A stretch of 64,000 bases of DNA from an uncultured Gemmatimonadales bacterium (GTDB taxonomy: Bacteria > Gemmatimonadota > Gemmatimonadetes > Longimicrobiales > RSA9), in contig OY970192.1 of assembly GCA_963708135.1 (NCBI GenBank), positions 5,248,001 through 5,312,000 of the forward strand, in the 5' to 3' direction. Positions 29,890 through 39,341 of the stretch are shown here, piece after piece. Numbering within the stretch: the first letter of the stretch is position 1; each line of letters opens with the position of its first letter. The notes beneath the pieces were generated by a model, which did no database searches, had not been told where the DNA came from, and saw only the letters and a list, made by a program, of their open reading frames with translations. The translations under genes and the position numbers were made by a program.

Positions 29890-30042
29890 CTCGGTAATCT
29901 ATAGCGATGCGACGGCCGCGGCGTGGCGCCGGGACCGGAGAGTGGGGGAGTGGGGGAGTGGGAGGTGCGGCCGGGCGCGCGGCGCACGCCAGGGCCAAAC
30001 GCGGCGACGATCCCAGCGCGCGCCGCGCTCACCGCGCCCCGC

Positions 30043-30150
30043 CGCGCTCGCCGCGCCCGCCGCGCTCGCCGCGCCCGTCGCGCCGGTCGCGCCCGCCGCG
30101 CTCGCCGCGCCCGTCGCGCCGGTCGCGCCCGCCGGGCCCGCCGGGCCCGC
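30043..30150. repeat. 9-bp GC-rich tandem repeat x12
   Basis: CGCGC(T/C)CG(C/T)-type units. Confidence 0.85.
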
Positions 30151-30201
30151 GCATGCCGGATCGGCCCCTCTTGCCGGATCGGGTCCGCGAAGGGCAGGAA
30201 A

Positions 30202-30372
30202 GTCCCCACGGATCGGCCGTGGAACCGACGGTTGGGGACTTGACTGCGAATAGCGCGGTAAAGCCCCCAAACGTTCCGATCCACCTCCGACCCTTGGGGA
30301 GTTGACAACGAATAGCGCGGTCAACTCCCCAGCCGTCTCCGCGCCGGGGTACCCGTGGGGAGTTCACTGCGG
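30202..30372. repeat. Array of 2.5 hairpin-forming ~39-bp repeats with ~22-24-bp spacers
   Basis: TTGGGGACTTGACTGCGAATAGCGCGGTAAAGCCCCCAA; TTGGGGAGTTGACAACGAATAGCGCGGTCAACTCCCCAG; partial GTGGGGAGTTCACTGCG. Confidence 0.7.
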
Positions 30373-30409
30373 CGCGTCGCCAATGCGCCAGGATCGGATG
30401 CGCCCTGCC

Positions 30410-30578
30410 GGCCCCCGGCCCCAGCCCCCAGCCCCCGGCCCCAGCCCCCGGCCCCAGCCCCAAGCCCCCGGCCCCCGGCCCCCGGCCCCCGGCCCCAGCC
30501 CCCGGCCCCCGGCCCCAGCCCCCGCCCCCGGCCCCCGGCCCGAGCCCCCCGCCCCAGCCCCAAGCCCCCGAGCCCCCG
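30410..30578. repeat. C-rich hexa/heptamer tandem array (GCCCC[C]G / GCCCCA)
   Basis: More than 20 consecutive CCCC/CCCCC runs; G-quadruplex-prone on the minus strand. Confidence 0.9.
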
Positions 30579-30669
30579 CATCCCGAAATAAACATTGACC
30601 CGAACAATTCCCGATTCCATCTTGCATCCCCCGCAAGGACGCGGGCTTGGGAACTCGGGGGAGGTGAAG

Positions 30670-31548
30670 ATGGCGGCACGCGCGATGGGGTCGGCTTCGA
30701 TCGCCTTCGGGCTCGTCTCCGTTCCGGTGAAGCTCTACTCGGCCGGCGACAGCTCGTCGAGCATCAGCTTCAACTGGATCCACAAGGACTGCGGCTCGCG
30801 CCTCAAGCAGCAGTACATCTGCGCGACCGAGGGCAGCGTCGTCGAAAAGGACGACATGGTCAAGGGCTACGAGTTCTCCAGGGGCCAGTACGTCCTCTTC
30901 AGCCCCGAGGAGCTCAAGGCGCTGGACGAGCAGGGCACGAACAGCATCGACATCGTCGAGTTCGTCCCGGCCGACCAGGTCGATCCCGTCTACATCGATC
31001 GCACCTACTATCTCGGCCCCGACAAGGGAGGCGACCGCGCCTACCGCCTCCTCGCCGCCGCGCTGGCCGACACCGGCTTGGCGGCGCTCGCCCGCTACTC
31101 CGCGCGCGGCCGCCAGTACCTCGTGCTCGTCCGGCCGCGCGGCGAGGGGCTCGAGATGGAGCAGCTCCGCTACGCGGACGAGGTGCGCTCGTTCGACGAG
31201 GTGCCGATCGGCAGCGGCGAGGTGAAGAAGCAGGAGCTCGAGCTGGCCAGGCAGCTCATCGAGCAGGCCGCCACGGACCGCTTCGACCCCACGCCCTACA
31301 AGGACGAGGTCCGCGCCCGCGTGCTCGACCTCATCCAGCGCAAGGTCGAGGGCGAGGATATCACCCACGCGGCCGCGCCGGCGCCGCAGACGCAGATCAT
31401 CGACCTCATGGCCGCGCTCAAGGCCTCGCTGGCAAAGACCGAGGGCGGCACCGAGCGCAAGCCCGCGAAGCACGCCCCGAAGAAGGCCGCGAAGAAGAAG
31501 GCGGAGGCGGAGCCCCCGAAGCGTCGCCGCAAGGCCGCTGGCGGCTAG
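30670..31548 (+). CDS. ku: NHEJ Ku protein
   Basis: SIAFGLVSVPVKLYSA, MVKGYEF, VDPVYIDRTYYL, IIDLMAALKASL, Lys-rich tail; RBS GGAGG. Confidence 0.97.
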   Translation: MAARAMGSASIAFGLVSVPVKLYSAGDSSSSISFNWIHKDCGSRLKQQYICATEGSVVEKDDMVKGYEFSRGQYVLFSPEELKALDEQGTNSIDIVEFVPADQVDPVYIDRTYYLGPDKGGDRAYRLLAAALADTGLAALARYSARGRQYLVLVRPRGEGLEMEQLRYADEVRSFDEVPIGSGEVKKQELELARQLIEQAATDRFDPTPYKDEVRARVLDLIQRKVEGEDITHAAAPAPQTQIIDLMAALKASLAKTEGGTERKPAKHAPKKAAKKKAEAEPPKRRRKAAGG

Positions 31549-31665
31549 CGTCTCGTCGGGATCGGGGGTTCGCGCTTCGGGGCTCGGCCGGCGAGGTGGC
31601 CCGAGCCCCGAATCCGGAGCCCCGAGCCTCGAACCCCGAGCCTCGAGCCCCGGCCCCCCGGCCCC

Positions 31666-32172
31666 TCACAGCCGCAGCCGGTACGCCTTCACCAGCTCCG
31701 CTCCGGGCGGCCGGAAATCGTGCTCCGGCGCCCGCTCGAATCCCATCCGCAGGTACATCCCCGTCGCCAGGCGCATGCTCCGCGACGTGTGCAGCCCCAG
31801 CTCCGTCGCGCCAACCTCCCGCGCCCGCTCAATGCACGCATCCACGAGCGCGCGGCCGATGCCCTGCCCGCGCGCATCGGGCGCCACGGCGAGCAGGCGC
31901 AGCTCCGGCCGGCTCGCCGGCGCCGTCGCCCCGCCGTACGCGTCGGAGGCGGGCGCGAACAGCATCACGCTGCCCACCAGCCGCCGCTCCCGCTCGGCGA
32001 CGATCCGCGCCGCCGGCTCCGCCGTGGCCAGCGCCGCCCGCACCGCCCCCTCCAGCCCCGCCCACGCGGCCGGCTCCATGATGTCCGCGTACTCGGCGTA
32101 TGCGGCGAGGGTGAGGTCGCGCACGGCGTCCAGATCCGCCGCCGTCGCATCCCGGATGCGCAGCTCGCTCAT
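31666..32172 (-). CDS. GNAT family N-acetyltransferase
   Basis: LAVAPDARGQGIGRAL, MYLRMGF. Confidence 0.9.
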   Translation of the reverse strand: MSELRIRDATAADLDAVRDLTLAAYAEYADIMEPAAWAGLEGAVRAALATAEPAARIVAERERRLVGSVMLFAPASDAYGGATAPASRPELRLLAVAPDARGQGIGRALVDACIERAREVGATELGLHTSRSMRLATGMYLRMGFERAPEHDFRPPGAELVKAYRLRL

Positions 32173-32253
32173 GGCGTCTTCATGCCGGATCCGGCATGGC
32201 CGTTCTGCCCCCGCAGCGAGCCCCTCACGTGCGACGATCCGTCACGCGCGCCC

Positions 32254-33207
32254 TCACACCGGCCCCAGCCGGTCGCGGTCGTGCGGCGCGCTCCAGTCCG
32301 TGAGCGGACCGAGCGGCACGATCCCCGTCGGGTCGAGGTGCTCGTGCGTCAGGTAGTAGTGCCGCTTGATGTGGTCGAAGTCCGTGGTATCGCCGAAGCC
32401 CGGACGCTGGTAGAGGTCGCGCGCGTAGCCCCACAGGGCGGGGTAGTCCACCAGCCGGCGCAGGTTGCACTTGAAGTGGCCGAAGTACACGGCGTCGAAG
32501 CGGACCAGGGTCGTGAACAGCCGGATGTCCGCCTCCGTGAGCCGTTCGCCCGCCAGGTAGCGGCGCTCCGCGAGCCGCGCCTCCAGGGCGTCCAGCCGGG
32601 TGAAGAGGCGGCGGACCGCCGCGTCGTAGGCGGCCTGCGTCGTCGCGAACCCGGCGCGGTAGACGCCGTTGTTCACGTCGCTGTAGACGTCGGCGTTCAC
32701 GGTGTCGATCTCCGCCCGCAGCGCCTCGGGGTACAGGTCCGGCGCGCCCGCGCGGTGGAAGGCGCGGAAGGCCGTCTCGAGGTCAATGGTGATGTAGGGG
32801 AAGTCGTTGGTGACCAGCCGGCGCGTGACACGGTCCCAGAGGCAGGGCACCGTGTAGCGCCGGGTGTAGCCGGGATCCGTCCGCAGGTACGCCTCGGAAA
32901 GGAAGCGGAAGCCCCCAATGGGGTCCGGGCCGTGCCCTGGCCCCTCGCGGAACGCCCAGCCCCGCTCATCGCGCACGGGGTCCACGACCGACATCGAGAC
33001 CACGTCCTCCAGCCCGAGCAGCCGGCGCACGATGATGGAGCGGTGCGCCCACGGGCACGCCAGCGAGACATAGAGGTGGTAGCGGCCCGGCTCCGCCGGA
33101 AAGGGGGAGGAGCCGTCGGCCGTGATCCGGCCGCGGATCGTGTACTCCTGCCGGACGAACTCGCCGCCCGGGCCGGCCTCGGCCGGGAACTGCGCGGTCG
33201 CGCCCAT
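32254..33207 (-). CDS. Glutathionyl-hydroquinone reductase (YqjG/ECM4 GST class)
   Basis: RYHLYVSLACPWAHR, TVPCLWD, VNNGVYRAGFA, LTEADIRLFTTLVRFD, HIKRHYY. Confidence 0.93.
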   Translation of the reverse strand: MGATAQFPAEAGPGGEFVRQEYTIRGRITADGSSPFPAEPGRYHLYVSLACPWAHRSIIVRRLLGLEDVVSMSVVDPVRDERGWAFREGPGHGPDPIGGFRFLSEAYLRTDPGYTRRYTVPCLWDRVTRRLVTNDFPYITIDLETAFRAFHRAGAPDLYPEALRAEIDTVNADVYSDVNNGVYRAGFATTQAAYDAAVRRLFTRLDALEARLAERRYLAGERLTEADIRLFTTLVRFDAVYFGHFKCNLRRLVDYPALWGYARDLYQRPGFGDTTDFDHIKRHYYLTHEHLDPTGIVPLGPLTDWSAPHDRDRLGPV

Positions 33208-33385
33208 CGTCTGCCACCTCCCGTCGGGATCCTCGCGCTCGGGACCGCATTCTACCATGCGACGCCGCCGCGGGTCCATGCGTCCGGCCCGCACGCCTCG
33301 CGCCCGCCCCCGCGCGCGATTTGCCGCCAACGCTTACCTTGCAGCGCACCGCCGGAACGCTCCCGCACACGCACCGAGGCACCGC

Positions 33386-35128
33386 ATGCGCATCCCCTCG
33401 ATCGCCGCGACGGCGCTCCTCGCCGCGCTCGCCGCCGCCGTGCCCGCCGGCGCCCAGACCCGCGGCGCCGCGCCTGCCGACACCGCGCGTCCCGTCATCA
33501 CGAAAGCGACGCTGCGCGCCGCGCTCGACCTGGTCGGCCTCCGCTACACGGACGCCCAGCTCGACCTGCTGCTCGCCCGGCACGGCCGCGCCGGCAGCGA
33601 CTTCGGCGGCCGTGGCGACCGCCGCGGCGACTACGCCGCGATCCGCCGCGCCCTCGACGCCGTTCCGGTGGCCGACTCCGTGCCGCCCGCCCTCTTCTTC
33701 GAGCCGCTCCCGCCGGCCGTGCCGATCCCCGACCGGCCGCCCCGCTTCGCGGCCCTGCCGGCGGACGTCCAGCGCCCGGCAAACCTCGAGGACGTGGCCT
33801 TCTGGCCGATCCCGAGGCTGGCCGCGCTGCTCCGCTCGAAGCAGGTGACGTCGGTCGAGCTGACGCGCATGTTCCTGGCGCGGCTGCACCGCTACGACCC
33901 CGACCTCCACGCCGTCGTCACCTTCACCGAGAGCCTCGCCCTCGCCCAGGCCCGCGAGGCCGACCGCGACTTCGCCGCCGGCCGCGACCGCGGGCCGCTC
34001 CAGGGGATCCCGTTCGGCGCCAAGGACCTCTACGCCGTCCCCGGCTACCCGACCACCTGGGGCGCGAGGCCGTACGAGCACCAGGTGATCGATCGGACCG
34101 CCACGGCGGTGAGGAAGCTGGAGGAGGCCGGCGGCGTGCTCGTCGCCAAGCTCTCCTCAGGCGCGCTCGCCCTCGATGACATCTGGTTCCGTGGCCAGAC
34201 GCTGAATCCGTGGAACCTGAAGGAGGGATCCGGCGGCTCCTCGGCCGGCCCGGGCGCCGCCGTGTCGGCCGGGCTCGTGCCCTACGCGCTCGGCACCGAG
34301 ACCTGGGGCTCCATCGTCGAGCCGTCCACGAAGACCGCCGTGGCCGGGCTGCGCCCGAGCTTCGGCCGCGTGAGCCGCGCCGGCGTCATGGCGCTCTCCT
34401 GGTCCATGGACAAGGCCGGCCCGCTCTGCCGCACGGCCGCCGACTGCGCCCTCGTGTTCGACGCCATCCGCGGCGCCGACCCCGCCGACCCGACCACCCG
34501 CGACGCGCCGTTCCCCTACGTCGCCGGCGCCTCGATGGACGGCAGGCGGATCGGCTACATCGAGGCGGAGCTCCAGGGCGACCGCCCCAATGTCGCGCTC
34601 GCCCGCGCCGTCGTGGACACGCTCCGCCGCCTCGGCGCCACGCTGGTGCCGATCGCGCTGCCCGCCGAGCCCGTGCGCTCCCTCTCCTTCCTGCTGAACG
34701 CGGAGGCCGCCGCCGCCTTCGACGCCCTCACGCGCTCGCACCGCGACACGCTGCTCGTCCGCCAGCCGGACCCGAACGGCTGGGCCAACACGTTCCGCTC
34801 CGCCCGCTTCATCCCCGCCGTCGAGTACATCCAGGCCAACCGCGTCCGGCGGCTGGTGCAGGAGGACATGAGACGGACGCTGAAGGGGCTCGACGCCTAC
34901 GTCGCGCTGCCCTACGCCGAGAACCTGCTGCTGACCAACCTGACCGGGCAGCCGTGCACGGTCGTGCCCGACGGGAAGCTGCCGAACGGCGACTTCACCA
35001 GCATCACCTTCTGCGCCCGCATGGACGACGAGGCGGACGCCCTCGAGGCGGCCGCCGCCTACCAGGCCGCCACCTCCTGGGACGAGCTGCACCCGCCGCG
35101 GTTCGGCGGGCACGCGGCCGGCCGGTAA
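33386..35128 (+). CDS. Secreted amidase-signature family amidase
   Basis: Signal peptide; GPLQGIPFGAKDL, GSGGSSAG, GTETWGSI. Confidence 0.92.
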   Translation: MRIPSIAATALLAALAAAVPAGAQTRGAAPADTARPVITKATLRAALDLVGLRYTDAQLDLLLARHGRAGSDFGGRGDRRGDYAAIRRALDAVPVADSVPPALFFEPLPPAVPIPDRPPRFAALPADVQRPANLEDVAFWPIPRLAALLRSKQVTSVELTRMFLARLHRYDPDLHAVVTFTESLALAQAREADRDFAAGRDRGPLQGIPFGAKDLYAVPGYPTTWGARPYEHQVIDRTATAVRKLEEAGGVLVAKLSSGALALDDIWFRGQTLNPWNLKEGSGGSSAGPGAAVSAGLVPYALGTETWGSIVEPSTKTAVAGLRPSFGRVSRAGVMALSWSMDKAGPLCRTAADCALVFDAIRGADPADPTTRDAPFPYVAGASMDGRRIGYIEAELQGDRPNVALARAVVDTLRRLGATLVPIALPAEPVRSLSFLLNAEAAAAFDALTRSHRDTLLVRQPDPNGWANTFRSARFIPAVEYIQANRVRRLVQEDMRRTLKGLDAYVALPYAENLLLTNLTGQPCTVVPDGKLPNGDFTSITFCARMDDEADALEAAAAYQAATSWDELHPPRFGGHAAGR

Positions 35129-35218
35129 GTGGACCGTATCCGGAGCGAGGTGAGCACCGAGCCGTCTCCAGTCACGACAGTGGAGGGAACGCCGATGAGC
35201 GGCACGGTGGAGGAGTAG

Positions 35219-36178
35219 GTGTCCGGAGGGCGGCAGTCCGGCTGGGAACTCGCCCGCGAGGCGCTGGGCGTGCTCGCGCACGAGCGCGGCGCCCGCGACC
35301 TGCGCGCGGCAATCGGCCGGCTCCGCTTCCTCGGCGCCGGCATCTGGAGCGCGGTCTACTCCGCCACGATCACGCTGCCCGACGGCCGTGAGGAGCGCCT
35401 CGTCGTGAAGCTGCCGGAGCGCGAGGCCGGGCCGGAGCGTGACGAGCTGATCGCCCGCGAGGCAGCCGTGCTGCGCGTCCTGGAGCCGCTCGAGCTGCCG
35501 TTCCGCGTCCCCCGCGCCATTACCGAGCTGCCGGCCGTGGGCGGGCTCGTCGCCATCCAGTCCTGGCTGCCCGGGATGCCGCTCGACCTGCGCGCCGAGC
35601 GCGCCGCCGGCGAGCGGCCGTGGGACATCGTCGCCCGCGTCGCCGCGACGGTGCATGCCCTCGAGGCGGAGCCGTTCCGCCGCGCCCTGGCCGGCCGCGC
35701 CACCCGCCGGGAGCACGCGCTCGACCACGCCCGGATCCTGGACGGCCTGAGCGGTCCCGAAGGCGAGGAGGCGCGCGCCTGGGTCCACGCGCACCTCCCA
35801 CCGCCGGAGCCCTCCACCCTCCTGCACGGCGATCTGCTCGGCCAGAACATCCTCGTCCCGCTCGACGGCGAGCCGCTCGGCGTCATCGACTGGGCCGAGG
35901 CGACGCTCGGCGATCCCGCCTACGACCTCGCCAACGTGACCCGCGGCGCCCGCCGCCCCTTCGGCCGCGAGGACGGGCTCGCCCGGCTGCTCGAGGCGTA
36001 CGGTCGCCTCGCGCCGCGACCGCTCTCCGAGGCGGCCGTCCGCCTGCACGAGGTCCTGCTCCGCGCCGGCCTCTACCTCGACACCGTCGAGGAGCTCGGC
36101 CCCGGCAGCGAGCGCGCGGCGGACGAGCGGCGGGGACTCCGCTCGATGCTCGCGCGCGCCGCCCACCACGACCCCTGA
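35219..36178 (+). CDS. Aminoglycoside phosphotransferase (APH) family kinase
   Basis: LVVK, LLHGDLLGQNIL, GVIDWAEA..GDPAYDLA. Confidence 0.85.
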   Translation: MSGGRQSGWELAREALGVLAHERGARDLRAAIGRLRFLGAGIWSAVYSATITLPDGREERLVVKLPEREAGPERDELIAREAAVLRVLEPLELPFRVPRAITELPAVGGLVAIQSWLPGMPLDLRAERAAGERPWDIVARVAATVHALEAEPFRRALAGRATRREHALDHARILDGLSGPEGEEARAWVHAHLPPPEPSTLLHGDLLGQNILVPLDGEPLGVIDWAEATLGDPAYDLANVTRGARRPFGREDGLARLLEAYGRLAPRPLSEAAVRLHEVLLRAGLYLDTVEELGPGSERAADERRGLRSMLARAAHHDP

Positions 36179-36194
36179 CCGCCGGAGGCCGGAC

Positions 36195-36656
36195 ATGGCC
36201 GCACAGGACCCCGACACGGAGCTCATGGCGCTCGCCTACCAGCAGGCGCTGAAATCCTACCGGGAGGGTGGGCTGCCGATCGGCGCGGTGATGGTCGAGG
36301 ATGGGCGCGTCATCGCCGCCGGCCACAACCGCCGCGTGCAGGACGGCGATCCGACCGCCCACGGCGAGATGGCCTGCCTCCGGAACGCCGGCCGCCGCGC
36401 CCGCTACGGCGAGGTGACCCTCTACACCACGCTCTCGCCGTGCATGATGTGCGCGGGCACCGTCGTCCAGTTCGGGATCCCGCGTGTCGTGGTGGGAGAG
36501 AACCGCAGCTTCCCCGGCAATCTCGAGTTCCTGCGCGACCACGGCGTCGCCGTCCGCCTGCTCGAGGACGCCCGCTGCCAGGAGCTCATGGCCCGCTTCA
36601 TCCGCGAGCGGCCCGAGCTGTGGGACGAAGACATCGCCGGGAGGGAGCGGGTCTGA
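36195..36656 (+). CDS. Zn-dependent nucleoside/cytosine deaminase
   Basis: AHGE and PCMMC zinc motifs, WDEDI tail as in yeast-type cytosine deaminase. Confidence 0.92.
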   Translation: MAAQDPDTELMALAYQQALKSYREGGLPIGAVMVEDGRVIAAGHNRRVQDGDPTAHGEMACLRNAGRRARYGEVTLYTTLSPCMMCAGTVVQFGIPRVVVGENRSFPGNLEFLRDHGVAVRLLEDARCQELMARFIRERPELWDEDIAGRERV

Positions 36657-36736
36657 GAGGCCGAGGCCCGCGTGGGGGGGGCGCCGCGTTGGAGATGCGC
36701 CCGTCCACGGGTCGGGTGTACCCCCGCGCCGGCCGC

Positions 36737-37366
36737 TCAACCCCCGCCGTGCACCGCCACGTACTCGCGCAGCCCCGTCCGCAGCGTGAAGCCGCGCACG
36801 ACCCGGAACGGGGAGAGCACCGCCGTGACATCCGCCGGCAGGATGCGCGGCCGCGGCAGCCGCCCCGTGCCCCCCGGTTCGTAGCGGATCCGGTCCACGT
36901 CCAGCAGCGTGAAGCGAAGCGGGACCGCCTCGGAGTCCTCGCCGTGGACCACCACGTGCAGCCGGGCGTCCGGCCCGGTGAGCTCGACCAGTGACTCGAC
37001 CAGGCGCGGCCGGTCCTCCGGAAAGAGCCGGTCCAGCACGTCCCAGCCGAAGATGAGGTCGTAGGGCCGCTCCGGCTGCCGCGGCACCATCCGCAGGAGC
37101 CCCAGGGCCGAGCCCTCGGCCCGCGCCCAGCCACCGTCGCCGAGCAGGTCCGCGAACCGGATCCACCGGGCGAAGCGGCTGTAGACGCGCAGGCTCCGGT
37201 CGGACGCCCGGCCCAGGTCCAGCACGGCGTGGCTCCGGTCCTCGCTCACGCCATCCAGCAACGCGGCAATGCCCGGCGCGGCCCCCTCGACCCCCTCCGG
37301 CGCCGCTTCCTCGGGCCCGGGGCCGGCCGGCGCCGGAGGACGCCCGACCCGGCGCAACCAGTCCAC
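36737..37366 (-). CDS. Hypothetical protein with a degenerate class I methyltransferase-like fold
   Basis: VLDLG and YDLIFGWDVLDRL resemble SAM-MTase motifs; lies directly downstream of bactofilin. Confidence 0.6.
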   Translation of the reverse strand: MDWLRRVGRPPAPAGPGPEEAAPEGVEGAAPGIAALLDGVSEDRSHAVLDLGRASDRSLRVYSRFARWIRFADLLGDGGWARAEGSALGLLRMVPRQPERPYDLIFGWDVLDRLFPEDRPRLVESLVELTGPDARLHVVVHGEDSEAVPLRFTLLDVDRIRYEPGGTGRLPRPRILPADVTAVLSPFRVVRGFTLRTGLREYVAVHGGG

Positions 37367-37376
37367 GGGCCCGTTC

Positions 37377-37955
37377 CTAGGACGTGGCCTTCGACGTCTG
37401 GCCCGCGCCCTCCGTCTTCTCGCTCGAGCCGTGCCCGCCCGACGAGCCGGTCGTCGCCGTCCGGGACTCCCCTCCCGCACCGCTCCGGCCGCTCTCGGCG
37501 CCGCGGCCCGCCGCCGCCGCCGCACCGCCGGCCGGCCGCTTGGCCGTCTCGCCCATGTCCACCCCGCCCCGGAAGCGCGCGCCGTCCTCCAGCACCACCC
37601 GCGGCGCCGCGATGTCCCCCTGCACCACCGCCGAGCTCCGCAGCATCACCTGCTCCGCCCCCGTCAGGTTCCCCTCCACGGTCCCCTCCACGGTGATCAC
37701 CCGGCCAATGATGTTCGCTTTCACCTGTCCCTCGCGCCCCACGGTCACGGAGTGCTGCTTCAGGTCCACCGACCCGTCCACCCGCCCCTGGATCAGCAGG
37801 TCCTCGTCCCCCGTCACCTCACCCCGGATCGTGATCGACGTCCCGATCGTCGCCCGCTCTCCCGACCCCCGCGGCGTTGCGGTTCGCTCGGGCCGCGGCG
37901 TCGCCTCCGGGCGCGCGGGCGGGGTGCCTTCCGGCGCTGCGTCCTTCTTCCACAT
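37377..37955 (-). CDS. Bactofilin (polymer-forming cytoskeletal protein)
   Basis: ATIGTSITIRGEVTGDEDLLIQGRVDG...VQGDIAAPRVVLEDGARFRGGVDM. Confidence 0.93.
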   Translation of the reverse strand: MWKKDAAPEGTPPARPEATPRPERTATPRGSGERATIGTSITIRGEVTGDEDLLIQGRVDGSVDLKQHSVTVGREGQVKANIIGRVITVEGTVEGNLTGAEQVMLRSSAVVQGDIAAPRVVLEDGARFRGGVDMGETAKRPAGGAAAAAGRGAESGRSGAGGESRTATTGSSGGHGSSEKTEGAGQTSKATS

Positions 37956-38244
37956 GAGCGTTTCTCCTTCCATGAGCTCCACTGTCGCCATCCATGGCCT
38001 GGGCCGCCCCGTCGAGAGGACGGGCCACCCGAATCGGCAGCCCGTCTGCCCCATCCGCCAGAGCCGATCCCTCAGACGCCCGCGCGGTCGCGCAACTGGA
38101 CCGATCGGGGTGAGGCCGATCACCGGCGCCGAGCCGGGGCCTGACCCCCTAAGCTCGCGCATGGTGCCGGCGCGGTCAAACGCTGGTCGTCATCCGAAGC
38201 ATCCGAGCCGGCCCCCGCCGCCCCGCGCCGCCGCCACGTCGCCG

Positions 38245-39222
38245 TCAGCGCTGATTCCGGACGGTGGCGGAGCGCCAGGCCACGCCGAGTTGACGGGTGA
38301 GGTCGAGGTAGGTCGAGCCGTACTCGAGCGACGGCTCGATCTCCGTGCCCTCGTGCCACTCGTTCCAGCTCGTGACGCTGACCCAGTCCGCGCCCGCGGC
38401 GCCGGCGAACATGCGGCGCAGCACGTCGCCGCTGTCGCGCGGGAGGAGCCGCCCCGGCTGGCGGATGACGCGGTCGTCGTAGCCGGGCAGCGCGGCCCCC
38501 ACGTAGATCCGGCCCGCGGCGTGGTGGGCGGAGATCTCCGCCGGCTCGGCGGCCAGGTAGCCGTCCACGTCCTGCACCGGCCCGTACGAGAAGACGCCGT
38601 CGAACGGCGCCGCCTGCGCGGGATCCCGGGTGTCGGCGATGGTGAACGCGCCGGTTCCCTCGAAGGCCCGCCTGAAGTCGTCCGGTGTGAAGCGGTTCAT
38701 GATGCGGGCGTAGACGAAGAGGACCGGGCGGCCGTTCACCCGCAGCCATGCCGGGCTGGTCGCGCGCGTGGCCAGCAGTGTGTGGATGTCCTCGCGCAGC
38801 TCGTCGGCGGTGAACGGACTCTCCAGGATGATGCTGACCTTGAATCCCTCCTGCTCGGCCACGGCCAGCAGCACCTCGAGCGAGCGGTCCTCGAAGGAGC
38901 CCGGCCCCCACCACGAGGACACGAACGCGTCGATCCCGGCCGCCTTCGCCCACGCGATGTGCTGGCGCACGACCGCGCTGTCGTTCGAGTCGTAGAGCCC
39001 CAGCACGGGGGTGTCGGTGGCGTCGTGACGGGGGGCGTCCGGGTTCCAGTGGTACCACATTCCCGACGGCCCGTCCGCGCGGCCCCACCACGGATAGTAG
39101 AAGGCGAGGACCAGGTGCGGCACGGCGGGCGGCTGGCCCGGCCTCGCCATGTCCGCCCGGCAGCCGAGCGCGAGAAGGGCGAGAGCGAGGCCGGCACGGA
39201 AAGCTTGACGAGACGGCAGCAT
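38245..39222 (-). CDS. GH99-like glycoside hydrolase, probable lipoprotein
   Basis: LALGC lipobox, AFYYPWW, PVLGLYDS, GIDAFVSSWWG, TSWNEWHEGTEIEP. Confidence 0.85.
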   Translation of the reverse strand: MLPSRQAFRAGLALALLALGCRADMARPGQPPAVPHLVLAFYYPWWGRADGPSGMWYHWNPDAPRHDATDTPVLGLYDSNDSAVVRQHIAWAKAAGIDAFVSSWWGPGSFEDRSLEVLLAVAEQEGFKVSIILESPFTADELREDIHTLLATRATSPAWLRVNGRPVLFVYARIMNRFTPDDFRRAFEGTGAFTIADTRDPAQAAPFDGVFSYGPVQDVDGYLAAEPAEISAHHAAGRIYVGAALPGYDDRVIRQPGRLLPRDSGDVLRRMFAGAAGADWVSVTSWNEWHEGTEIEPSLEYGSTYLDLTRQLGVAWRSATVRNQR

Positions 39223-39341
39223 GGCGGCTCACGGACAGCGGTTCGCTACGGGCCGGGGCACCGCCCCGGTGCGCCACGAAGCCGCCGGCGCGCCTGCCGG
39301 TTCGCGCCCCGCCGGCGGTCAGGCCCGCCGCCCCCGCCCCC

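Noticed and set aside
30231..30372. CRISPR array
   Set aside because: Only 2.5 divergent units, short spacers, and no cas genes or leader in the window; kept only as an unexplained repeat
35219..36178. Aminoglycoside resistance gene
   Set aside because: Only superfamily-level APH/choline-kinase motifs; substrate cannot be inferred
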